Source: Octopus bimaculoides (Eukaryota). Taken from it: a stretch of 33,118 nt of DNA. Below, in pieces: positions 1 through 10,141 of this stretch. The translations under genes and the position numbers were made by a program. The DNA lies in contig NC_068994.1 of assembly GCF_001194135.2 (NCBI RefSeq), positions 28,622,053-28,655,170 of the forward strand. The letters run 5' to 3'. A model generated the notes under the pieces. It saw only the letters and a list, made by a program, of their open reading frames with translations. It was not told the DNA's origin and ran no database searches. Numbering within the stretch: position 1 is the first letter of the stretch; each line of letters starts with the position of its first letter.

Positions 1-1102
1 CCAGAGATGCCTCAACCTCAGCGCATGCCTGCGTATCTTTAGCCACCCTTTAGTGGCTGTTGACAACAGATAGAGTGCCTTACAAGAGGCCGTCTGCCCT
101 CCCACAAGAATTTAAAAAGCATGCATTCCAACTTGTTTAGCCACGAATCGGGGCACGGCACGACGGTTAGGCGGTAGGTAATGACAAATGGGTTAAACAC
201 ATTTTCCACCTCCACCCTCCCTTTCAGGGATAGCCTCAGCCCAGCCCAGCCCAGGTCTGAGTTATGAACGCCACCCTGCCCGTAACTTCGCTCCAATTCT
301 TCTCTATCTGGAGGCCTGGACCAAATCAGACTCCAAGCATTTTCACCGGATCGTCTGTCCTGCGTCCGACGACGTTGGACAGCATCGACTTGCCTCTCCA
401 GGTGCCGAGCTGCAAACCGACCGACTTATCTCGGTTAATTCTTACTCCTGCTACCTCTTCGTAATCCTTTAGGGCTTCACCTACCCTCTGTAGGTCCTGG
501 TCCCTGGATACGATGACAATGACATCGTCCGTATATGTTGTGACTGACTTTCAATGCCCTAGATCTTGCGGGTCGCCACTCGTAGCCTCCAATCTTCACA
601 GTAGTGACTCGAGAGTCAATACATACAGCAGGGGCGAGAGTGGACAACCTTGAGAACCGAGCGGTCGATATTGAACGGTTCCGAAAAGAAACCGTTCACC
701 GGAACTACCGACTTGATGTTGCTATATAAAGCATTGATCCAACCGCGGAATGTCGGGCCAAAACCGGCCGCCTCGAGGACCGCCGCCAGATGCCGATGGT
801 CTACCCTATCAAAGGCTTTGGATTGGTCCAAATGGACTAATGCCTCACCGTTGTCAGGAATCCTATTTACGCTTTGTAAGGTATAGCGTATAAGGTGGAG
901 ATTATCGTGCATGGTCCTGCCGGGGATGGCGCAGGCTTGCGCCTCCCCGACGATGCTATCCACGATTTTCGCCAACCTTTTTGCTAAAACCTTGGCCAGA
1001 ATCTTCAATTCTGCATTAAGCAGGTTGATGGACCTAATGTTGCCAGTTACGTCTCCCTTGTTTGGGTCATTTCTGATCAGTTCCACCATTCCCTGGCTCA
1101 CG
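1..1102 (-). mobile_element. 5'-truncated, frameshifted Tx1/L1-clade LINE ORF2 (reverse transcriptase); runs off the left edge of the window
   Basis: Minus-strand translation gives LKILAKVLAKRL, QACAIPGRTMHDNLHLIR, LDQSKAFDRVDH, QGCPLSPLLYVLTLE (after a frameshift near 650), YTDD (~525-537) and FKFLWEGRRPLV...GG. These are hallmark L1/Tx1 RT motifs. Confidence 0.92.
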
Positions 1103-1187
1103 AACTAACTCATTTACTCAGACTGCTCTATTTACATGTAGTGGTCTAGTCCATTCTCGCTAGGGAGCGTCGTACTCTCGCACAACA
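1103..1187 (-). repeat. 3' LTR, first 85 bp only (interrupted by the LINE at 1102)
   Basis: About 91% identical by eye (6 substitutions, 2 indels) to 7547-7633. It starts TG directly after the polypurine tract. Confidence 0.88.
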
Positions 1188-1198
1188 TTTCCTCTTTT
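1188..1198 (-). promoter_or_regulatory. Polypurine tract of the Gypsy element
   Basis: AAAAGAGGAAA on the minus strand abuts the LTR start TGTTGTG. Confidence 0.8.
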
Positions 1199-1550
1199 GA
1201 GATTTCGTGTTCCAAAGGAATAAAGAAATTTTTGTTTATGTATATATATATTTGTATCTCTTTCGTTTGGGCATTATCTCAAGGTGTTCGGTCTGCTTTC
1301 TTTTTCTGATGCTGGTTTTACGGGACTCTGTTACTTTTGGTACCGGTATGTGGAATATTTCACAGAATACTACCATGGGAATTTCTTCATGATCTTGGGT
1401 ATGCTTCTTCCTTAGTTGGTTTTGTATGTATTTTATGTTGACCATGTGACCCTTTAATTAGATACATCATACTTCCAATTTTTCTGATAACACGGCCATC
1501 TTTCCAGCCTTCTGTACTGTTTCTATAGGTTTTGAAATGCACTTTATTAC

Positions 1551-2261
1551 CTATCTCGACGTTTTCCGTTGGCTCTTTCGTATTTTTTTACGTCTTTTTT
1601 TCTGGTAATAGGTTATCAATTCTGCGGGAGACTTCCCTGATTGGGGGATCACTCTGTATATTCTTAAGAAATTTGTCAGTGCTTCGTCTTTACTTAATTC
1701 ATTCTTCGCTTTTCTTAACGCTCTCTTAAAGGTGTCCACAAATCTTTCTACCTGCCGGTTTAACCTCGGGTGGTAGGGTGAAGGGAAAATATGCTTTATC
1801 GCATGTCTTTTACAGAAGTTCTTGAGTTCATACTCAGAGATCTGCGTTCTGTTGTCTGAAACTAGCGTGTCAGGGATACCGTATCGTGCAAACAATTCGT
1901 TTAAGAACTTTGTAGTTGTCTTAAAGGTTGGTCTATAGCACCTGTAAACCTCCGGCCACTTGGTACAGCCATCAACTCTGATTAGGTAGTAAGCGCAGTC
2001 TACGGGTCCGGCATAATCAATGCGTAACCTAGGCCATGGGTTCTCCATCTCTGGCCACGATTGATATTTACCGGCGGGGCTTTGGCCGCGAGTGCGCAAC
2101 CTCGGCACATTCTCACCAAGTTTTCGATATCTCGGTCTGTAGACGGTCAATAGAAATAACTCCTCATCTGAGCCCTCATCCTTGCCATTCCTGGAAGTCC
2201 GCCGTGAAATCGTTGCTATACACCTTTTTGTAATGTAGTTGGAACACTTTTTTAGATCCAT
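1551..2261 (-). pseudogene. Gypsy integrase (rve core), preceded by a deleted RNaseH/IN junction
   Basis: PWPRLRIDYAGP...VDGCTKWPEV...GIPDTLVSDN...PYHPRLNRQVERFVDTFKRAL, a DDE integrase. Confidence 0.9.
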
Positions 2262-2279
2262 ATATCAACAGCAAAGGTC

Positions 2280-4650
2280 TGTGGTCTGTTTGCAATAAAA
2301 AACTTCTGCCATGCAGAAACCAATGAAATTTTTTAACTGCAAAAATAATTGCTAGGTCCTCCTTTTTAATTTAACTATATCTCTTCTCTGCCGCTTTTAG
2401 CGAGCGCGAAACATGAACCACTGGTTTTGTACTTCGTCTTCGTATTTATGAAGTAGAACTGCACCTAATACGTGCTCGGAAGCATCAGATACTACAGTGA
2501 TGACCATTTCGAGATCATAATGTGCTTCAAAAGTGTGCTGGCATTTAGTGGACCAATTACACTTTACTTATTTTAAAAAAATAAGTCGTTCAATGGAGCT
2601 CTTAACTTGTGCATATGTAGCTTTGATAATAGTTTGCTGACCCAAGAAATGCTTGTGAAGTTGGAATATTTGTCGGCTCAGTCATATTCCTTATTGCCTC
2701 TGCCCTCGGCGGGTCAGGACGTCTACCACTTTTATTAAATATTTGCCCTAAGTACTTAATTTGGGGTAGAAAGAATTCACATTTTTCTTCACTCAAAGTG
2801 AACCCGAAAACTTTAATTTTCTTAAACACAGTTTTTATGTGTTCCACATGCTATTCACAAGAATTACTCCTGATCAAAAGATCAAAATATCGTCCAAGTA
2901 CGGGATTGCAAATTCACAATCAGATAACTTAGTATCCATGATTTTCTGGAATATTGCTGGTGCAACTTTTAATCCAAAAGGTAATCGTGTGTATCTGTAC
3001 AATCCTCTGTGTGTATTTATTGGCAAATATTTTGAGTGTTTTCATTTAAAATGTCTTCTGCAGTCGGGAGCGGATGCTGGTATGTTTTTAAGCAGTCGTT
3101 CAATCCTGTAGAGCAGTGGTTCAAAAAAGTTTACGTGCCGGTCTCCTTACAGATTTTTCGAGGATTCACGGTCCCTTATAAAATGCAGGGTAATCAACAT
3201 GGAGAAAATTATATACATTCGTGTACCATAATTTCCGGACTATGAACCGCTCATATCTCATTCGGCATATCTCATTTTCTTTTTTGAAGGCATTATAAAA
3301 AAGATAAAATTCAGTAAACCAATTTAATATCATATATTTATTTCGCATTTATCATATACTACGGGTGTGCATATAAGACTTAGCACAGCTAGCTTTTGGG
3401 TGCACTAATCAACAATAAAGCTTACCTCTCACTAATCCAAAGTGAAATCCAAAAAGTGCATATGAAAATCCTAAGTGCATATGAGCGTTGTTTTGTCCGT
3501 AGATAAATCTCCGCGAATTGATAACCGTTGAGAAGACAGTTCTATCAGAACACGTTGTTATGAAAAACAACCATGCCTTATAAAGCCCAGCCACCATGCA
3601 GGATGCGAATTGGTGGCTGGCAAAGAACACAGTCATGCGGGAACATGCACCGATGAGGATAACGACGGCAAGAGGCATGCAAATGTGTGGACTGCAATAG
3701 TGGAGCGGTGAATCATGTGAGAGTAGAATACCGACAGCACATGCACGATCAACCGTTACACCCGCATATTTTCCATCGGCCAATCACACTTGTTGTACAA
3801 CAAGTGTGATTAGCAGATGAGTGTGTCGGAGTGGCGTGGGTTTTTGAGGCCAACGGCAAAAAAGGATGATAACTTATGAAAAATTGAAAGTCTTGAAATT
3901 TTGTAACGTAACTGTCTCAACCCACCCGTTTTCACGATACTCCAGCTTCCCTTCACGGTCCCCCTAAAGTCGCTCCGCGGTCCCCTAGGGGACCGTGGAC
4001 TCCAGTTAGAGTTACACTGCTGTAGAGAAATCAGCACACAGCCTAATCTTATTATTCTTTTTAAAATACATACCGTGGGTGCCGCCCACTTCGAGCAATC
4101 CACCTTTTTGATGACTCTACTCTTTTTGAGTCTGTCCAACTCTTCATTTACGGTTTCAATTGCCGCGAATGGTACTTTTCTGTTGGCTTTAAATACAGGT
4201 GCAGCGTTTTCACTTACTTGGAAATAGGTCTCTGTCTTTCTACATAGACCTAAATCCTCTGATAACACTTGCGGGAACATTTTTTTCAATTTTTTCATCA
4301 GCAGTTCCGAAGACTTGTTTTTAACGGAACGACCATTTATGTCATTGCAGTAAAAATTTATGGGGAAGTGCCATAAATCGAATAATTCTAACCAATCTGT
4401 CCCAAACAGATTGATTGTATTATCCACAACGAATAATTTTGCTTCGCGTGTCTCTCCTCGAAATGTGACATGAATACATGTTTTACCCATGAAATGTAAT
4501 TTATCGCCTGTTACACCACACGCTATTTTCGCTGTTTTACATAATCTTGGTTTACCAATTTTTTTTCCAAGTATCTGTATTTATAGAGATGTCACTACCT
4601 GTGTCTAACTGAAATTTGGTATTCACATCATTTATTTTTATGTGCACAAA
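2280..4650 (-). pseudogene. Gypsy protease, RT and RNase H, disrupted by the hAT insert, deletions and frameshifts
   Basis: FQLDTGSDISI (~4590-4615), KWAAPTVC, CADFST|GLNDCL split by the insert, RLPFGLKVAPAIFQ..PYLDDILI (~2885-2980), IKYLGQI, VSDASEHVLGAVL (RNase H, ~2460-2500). Confidence 0.9.
3114..4019. mobile_element. 906-bp non-autonomous hAT (Charlie/Buster-like) element inserted in the Gypsy RT
   Basis: Exact 8-bp TSD CTGTAGAG at 3106-3113 and 4020-4027, close to the NTCTAGAN Charlie preference. Ends read CAGTGGTTC... and ...GTTACACTG. Removing the insert restores RT CADFSTGLNDCL. Confidence 0.88.
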
Positions 4651-4662
4651 TTTCTGTTTCAA

Positions 4663-5330
4663 TCACTTCTCCGCTGAAAACACCTTAGAACTTTTTGTGT
4701 TTGAGCCTCGTAGTCTTCTTCTACAATGAGAACTCCTGTGTCCCAGTTTCTGACAACTATAGCACTTTTTGTTTTTAAATGGACAATCCTTTTTATAGTG
4801 TAGGCCTCCACAACCATAACACGGATTGGGGGCCTGACACTTTTTTTTATTGTGCTTCCCGGGACACATTTGAATTTCCGCAGAGTTTTTTTATCTTGTA
4901 TTTTTTTCACATCGTGTTTAAGATAATCTGACATTCTTCTGCGATGGTCTGTAGAGATAAATCCTGGTTCGCTTGCTCCACATTCGAGAAAATCCTGGTC
5001 CGAATTTCTCTATCTTCAGGGGCTGTAAGTCCTTGCACGAAGATAAGTGATTTGAACATATCCTGAGTGAGGTTCCTGGAGTTTGAAATTTTCGCACATA
5101 CGGTTGACTGCTCCGGTGTTGGTGATAAAATCATCCTCCACATTTTTTGTTAAGTTTCAACACTCCATTCTGGTGTTGAATAATGAACTTCTATCACAAA
5201 AAAAAAAAAAAAAAAAAAAAAAAATTTAAAGCAGTTCCGTGACGCAGAAATTGTATTTGTTTTGCAACTCCTGTAGCTGCTCCTGTTGCTTCTCTTGAAG
5301 CTGTATTGCTGCGGTTAATAGATTTTCCAT
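4663..5330 (-). pseudogene. Gypsy gag, internally deleted and frameshifted
   Basis: ATG at 5330 (MENLLTAAIQLQEKQQ), SLIFVQGL..EIRTRI, and two zinc knuckles CYGCGGLHYKKDC and CYSCQKLGHRSSHC. Confidence 0.85.
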
Positions 5331-5370
5331 GACGCAGAAATTGTCAAATAACCAATGTGAGTTTCGAACG

Positions 5371-5383
5371 ATCCTCCTCGCCA
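5371..5383 (-). promoter_or_regulatory. Primer-binding site, tRNA-Ser(GCT) type
   Basis: TGGCGAGGAGGAT matches TGGCGACGAGGAT (complement of the tRNA-Ser-GCT 3' end) at 12/13. It lies about 40 nt upstream of the gag ATG. Confidence 0.8.
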
Positions 5384-5386
5384 GAT

Positions 5387-5577
5387 TTATATCCTAATGG
5401 ATAAACGAATACACTGCAACAGTGTTATAACAATATAATCGAAACAAACGGCAGTAACCACATGGAACATAACAGCAATATTTTAAGAACCAACAATCCG
5501 ACACGCTAACTCGAACTGTAAACTTTGAATTCCACCTTTGAACTGTCAACACACGAACTGTAGAACTAGCAGGAACT
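5387..5577 (-). repeat. 5' LTR, distal (R/U5) segment
   Basis: Lies between the AATAAA end of the LINE insert and the PBS. It resumes with AGTT, the same motif that ends the 7547-7633 segment. Boundaries are inferred. Confidence 0.6.
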
Positions 5578-7296
5578 TATTTCTTTATTACCCATACGTA
5601 GCCAACATAGAGGGGACAGTACAAGGACAGACAAAAACACAAAAGTGGGAACCAAAAAATCGAATAAAAAGGATGAATTAAATAATGAAATGAAAAATGA
5701 AATGAAGCCACTCGACCCCACATCCGGGCGACTTCATTTACCTTTGTTATATACGATAATTTACTTATTTCAAAACACTTTAAACCTTATCCGCCACATA
5801 GAATGTCTATATAGTTCGTTGTAATCTACCGTTGTTGGTATACAGCTGGTGTCGATTTTCTTTTGCCAGTGAAAAACATTGTTCCTGTTTTCTTCCAGTC
5901 CTGATGTGTATTTAGGGTCCACTATCACGCAGTCATAGTAAGAGGGCACCTCCCTACACTCTACAGTGATTAACTTTATCCGCTCGTCCCAACTGTCTAC
6001 CTTCTTAGATAGCTTAGAATGTCTTGCATTGTAAATCACTGTACTTTTTTTTTTTCACAGATTGGGGGTTGGGAAATTTGGGGTTCTTGTGCGCTTGTGG
6101 TTAATTTGTCAGTGTTAGGTGAGGTAGGGTGAAGGTTAGTGTCTGCAGGGGAAGGGTGGAGCAGTGTGGGTGTGAGTGGGAGTCGGGTGGATGTGGGATG
6201 GGGGTTATCATTTACAGATTGTGCCTTTTTTCTCCTCTTTCTGCTCTTCTTTCCTGCAGTTTCCCACCCGTCTTTGGTTTTATTTTCTCCTTCTTCCTCT
6301 GTGCTAACCTCTCTTCTGCTGGTTCTCACCGGCGGTGGAGGTGCAGTTTCTATTACGATCATAGGTGCCTCTTGTGACTTTAGGGGTGGTGGAGGACATT
6401 CCACTCTAATGTGGCCTTTTTTTGCCACATTTGTAACAACGTGGGATCCTGCCCTCCACTCTAAGCCTGAGTATTACATCTTCGACTGTAATGGTGTCCA
6501 CTATATTTTCTAGGTTCTCCGGGGCTGCCTGGATTACCATATCCAGTCTCTGCCCTTGCCAATTTTATGTGGAGTGCTGGTAGCTTGGAGGACCACTATC
6601 TTTTTTTCCATGCCCAGCAGTATAGCAGCTACTAGCCAGGCCACATTTATTTCCAGAGGTATGTCTTCTACTCTTACCCTGGAAGTACGTCTTCCATGGC
6701 ATATGGGCAGAAGTACCACCTCATTAGTTTTTAAAGGGGTTGCCGAGTGTACCCTGGCAGTTGATTCATCTCAGAACAGCACCTCTACCGTTCTAAACTT
6801 TCTTTCTCTGGCAAGGTAAGAAATTCTCTGCCAGAAGGGGTTTAACGCCTTTTCAATTTGAATTGTCGTCATTCATTCGATTTTCTTGGTTTTGACAGAG
6901 TAAGTTCCATAGATTATCATTTTTTTTCTTTGATTTTCTGTAATACTTCTTGAGGAGGGAACACCTTTATGTCGTTCCCCTCCTTATGAAGCATATTCTT
7001 GTATTTACTAAGTTCCTTTACATCAATTTCTTTGTTGTGGCTTTTGGTCACGGTCGCAAAATTAATTTTTCCTTCTTTTTTGTCTATCACATAAATTGCT
7101 TTCAGCAGTTCTATCTCGGAAGAACTCAGATTGTCGTTCTCCATTTTTTAACACTATGCTACCCCCAACACGTCAACAAAACTGCTGTAACGCAGCAAAA
7201 CAAAGCGTTGTTCAACACAAAACAAGTAGAATAAACAGCAATTGAACAATACAGCAATTAATTTACTACAAATACGCCTTTTAACACTAGTACGAT
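5578..7296 (-). mobile_element. ORF1-only Tx1/L1-like element (HAL1-like): 5'UTR, frameshifted ORF1 (7144-5770), 3'UTR with AATAAA
   Basis: ORF1 pieces join across frameshifts, two of them at A-runs: ...RVEGRIPRCYKCGKKGHIRVEC (CCHC)...DGWETAGKKSRKRRKK. No EN/RT follows. AATAAA is at 5584-5589. Confidence 0.72.
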
Positions 7297-7546
7297 GATT
7301 TTATTCAAACCACAAAGGTTAAACAAATAGGGGATAATACACGGGACAAATGGGGTCGGGAACTTATTGAATAAGATTACATAGATGAATAAATACATTA
7401 TAATTTCGGATGAAAATGAAAAAAATGAATGGACGTGGAATGCGTTTGACCCCACCAACCACATTCCTGCATTGAACCATTTACTTCGTCCTTTAATTAG
7501 GCACCTACAAACCCAACATTCAGGCTACTTTCTCGCATCTTTTTTT
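7297..7546 (-). mobile_element. ~250-bp 3' end of a Tx1/L1-like LINE (ORF2 tail plus 3'UTR)
   Basis: Shares ordered motifs with the 3'UTR at 5578-5769 (GTAAATG, GTGGGGTC, TTCATTT..TTCATTT, GTTCCC, TGTCC..TCCCCT, AATAAA at 7300-7305). It begins KRCEKVA*MLGL*, resembling an ORF2 C-terminus. Confidence 0.6.
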
Positions 7547-7629
7547 AACTAACTCAACTTACTCAGACTGCTACTATTTACATGTAGTGGTCCAGTCCAT
7601 TCTCGGCAGGGGGCGTCGTACTCTTGCAC

Positions 7630-7633
<4 letters not shown>
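7547..7633 (-). repeat. 5' LTR, proximal 87 bp, flanked by a (CA)n tract
   Basis: Direct repeat of 1103-1187, starting TGTTGTG. Confidence 0.88.
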
Positions 7634-7670
<37 letters not shown>

Positions 7671-8159
7671 GTGCAAAAGTCTTCGGCCACTTTAAACTAT
7701 TGTAAATTTCTTCTAGTTGTGGATGTTTCGCATTGCGTTTTTTACAGATGAAACATTGGCCCTGTTGGAGTCATTTCCATACCTAATCATTATATTTTGT
7801 AGTAGGGCTTCTGAATGAGATGGGAAGATGTGAGACAACCACCAAAAAAGACCGTGCAAAAGATTTCGGCGACCTCACATAAACCAATCAATATAGTGTT
7901 TTAAAACAGAAAAATGTCTATAATGAAAATTTATTATATAATGTTCATTTCAAGAAGTCACTGTACATTGATAATATTTTGTGTGGCTTCTCTTAGCTTG
8001 AATAATTGCTTCAATGTGCCAAGGAAGAGATGCATACAAACCCTGCGCTATCTTCACAGTTATGAGATGCCATTGGGGATTGGTGATTTGCAGTACTGTT
8101 CGTGGGGGTTAATTTGTAATGGTGAACTTGGTGCAGGCAGTGCTAGGGGTGGCTGGCAC

Positions 8160-8370
8160 TAAGAAGGCATATCCGGGTTGTCAGCTGCCAGTGGCTTGAA
8201 ATTTACCAGAAGGGTGTACCTCTGGCGACAACAATACAATACCTCATACCTTTTGTTGATGGATACTGCGGGTTGGTAGATGATATGCAATTTTTCACAG
8301 AGGCACAGCTGGCAACTGGGGGTGCCGGGTGAATGTGATAATAATCTACTTAATGCTGGGTGTTTCATCT
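8160..8370 (-). mobile_element. Penelope-like element, GIY-YIG C-terminal fragment
   Basis: CQLCLCEKLHIIYQPAVSINKRYEVLYCCRQRYTLLVNFK matches the C..C..EK...I....NKR.E....CRH end of PLE endonucleases. Confidence 0.75.
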
Positions 8371-8485
8371 CAGAGGGAGAGCGACGCTAAGACAAAATGT
8401 TCAAATGGCTAACAGAGAAAAAAGTTATTGAGGATGGGTTATCTCTTCTGGACCAGAGGATAAATGGACATTAGGATCTATTTCG

Positions 8486-9718
8486 TTAAGGTTTCTTATT
8501 AGCTGAAACAGCAAACGGGAAAACCCCATTTTCCAGCAGGTAGCGCTTGAAATGAACACATTTTGAGAAAATTTCTTTACGAATATTTAATGCGCCAGGC
8601 TTAGCATAGTTCTTATGAATTTTGATTCACTCTGTGATGCAGATTTTGCAGTGCCCGCTCCCATTAGTATATGGGCTTGGATGTTCTATCATCTTCCACC
8701 TGATATCATATGGAGGTCTCTTGATCTTTGAAGTGTCACACATGGCCAGCGATGTGACAAACTATCTTTCTGGAACTCTGTAGGATGACTGGTGGTTGCA
8801 GAAGCGTTGCTTGAAATCTGTGCTGGCCAATCTGATATATTTCCAGGTTTGGGTACTGGCTATATTTGCATTCCTGGTGTATCTCTGGTAGGCTCCAGGC
8901 CTGAGGATGTTGTTGGTGTCACTGGTGTTGATATTGTCATTATGGCGGTTGGTCGAGCGGTGCTAGTATGTCTGTCGTCGCCATAGTTGTTATCACTGTG
9001 GTTGTAGTCTCTGGTCATATGGTTGGTGCTGATGCTGCTAGCGGTGGTGTGGGTGCTACTGCTGGTAACATAGCGTGTGAGGTCGGTTACTTCCTCAGTG
9101 TCGATGATACTAGTCTGGTCATCATCTCTGGCTGTGGTGATGGTTCTGTGGTCATCAGTTACCTCCTCTGTGTCATTGGTACCTGACTGGTCATCATCTC
9201 TGGCTGTGGCATTTGTACTGGGATCGATGGCGCTAGAGTTGGTGATTCTGCTACCATTGTTGTTGGATGTTACATCGCTGGTAATGTGGTTGCGAGGTCT
9301 AGGTATCACCATAGCCTCATAGATGACTCCTTCGGCCTCGCATCGGCCCCCTACTGTACAGTTCTTGTACACTCTGCAAGAGCAACCTGCCTCCTCCTTT
9401 GATTTGTGGGTGCTATTAAAAATACTTTTTATGTTTGGGGCACAACTAAAGGAGACCTTTAGGTTGTGCCTGTCAAATAAATACCTGTATCTGTGTGAAG
9501 TGTTTGTCTATTAATCTGAAGAATATCCTTCCCACACAAGTCTTGACATTGAGTGAGAAGGGTGGGGCAAACCAAATGACGTTTCGGCGGCGCCTCCTTT
9601 TCCAGGTGCTAGGGCCTGGGATGCAATCCTTAAACCCAATAGATACCAGTGCCTTGTTGTAGTAGGGGGCAGTGGTGCCGAAGATATATTTGGCTAGAGG
9701 ATAGGTTCAGGATCCTCA
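8486..9718 (-). mobile_element. Penelope-like element: RT C-terminal region plus GIY-YIG endonuclease, frameshifted
   Basis: RILNLSSS..F..TAPYYNKAL...RRRRNVIWFAPPFSLNVKT.VGRIFF.LIDKHF...KVSFSCAPN...CSC...C..GG.C...GVIYEAMV ... KYIRLASTDFKQRFCNHQSS ... YDIRWKMIE...CKICITE...LNIRKEIFSKCVH. Confidence 0.88.
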
Positions 9719-10132
9719 ACAGGGTTTGCAGGATATCCTCGTCCAGCTCTACAGATCTTCCAGGGCGAGGTTCATCTTCTAGGGTGTTGTTTCCGGTTTG
9801 GAATTTCTGAAACCACCGTTGACATTGGCTTACACTTATTGTCCGATCCCCATATACTGCATTAATATTTCTCGCACTTTCTGTTGTGTCGTTGGCCTTA
9901 TTGAACTCATAAACCAAAATATTCCAAATATGCATCTTTGTCACTTCCATTTTAGCTTTGAAAAATAACTGTTAAAATCAAACTGCACTCTTCAAAACTT
10001 GCACTAAGAATAACTACAAGGTAAAATTACTACCTGCTTTTATAGCAAGTTGATGCAGGTAATTTATCCCATCCCCCTCCGACTTTTAGTTCATGCAATT
10101 GAAAACACTGCATTATTCGTGGGATGACCCAG
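9719..10132 (-). mobile_element. mariner transposon, left end and transposase HTH region, truncated by the PLE
   Basis: TA|CTGGGTCATCCC terminus at 10132. ORF MEVTKMHIWNILVYEFNK...QRWFQKFQTGN.TLEDEPRPGRSVELDED is a mariner N-terminal HTH. Confidence 0.85.
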
Positions 10133-10141
10133 TATATATAT

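Larger units (their letters stand above)
1103..7633 (-). mobile_element. Degenerate Ty3/Gypsy LTR retrotransposon with nested insertions
   Basis: Two LTR starts TGTTGTGC (7633 and 1187), PBS at 5371-5383, PPT at 1188-1198, and domain order gag(2xCCHC)-PR-RT-RNaseH-IN, which is the Gypsy order. Confidence 0.9.

Noticed and set aside
3409-3783. 124-aa minus-strand ORF inside the hAT insert
   Set aside because: No recognisable domain or transposase motif; its length is plausible by chance in GC-richer DNA.
7667-7970. Possible Tc1-like MITE (TA-CAGTGCAAAAG ... CACTG-TA)
   Set aside because: The putative TIRs share only TACAGTG, and there is no coding remnant.
8040-8110. Hammerhead candidate after the second PLE fragment (CTGTGAAGA)
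   Set aside because: No downstream GAAA or supporting stems.
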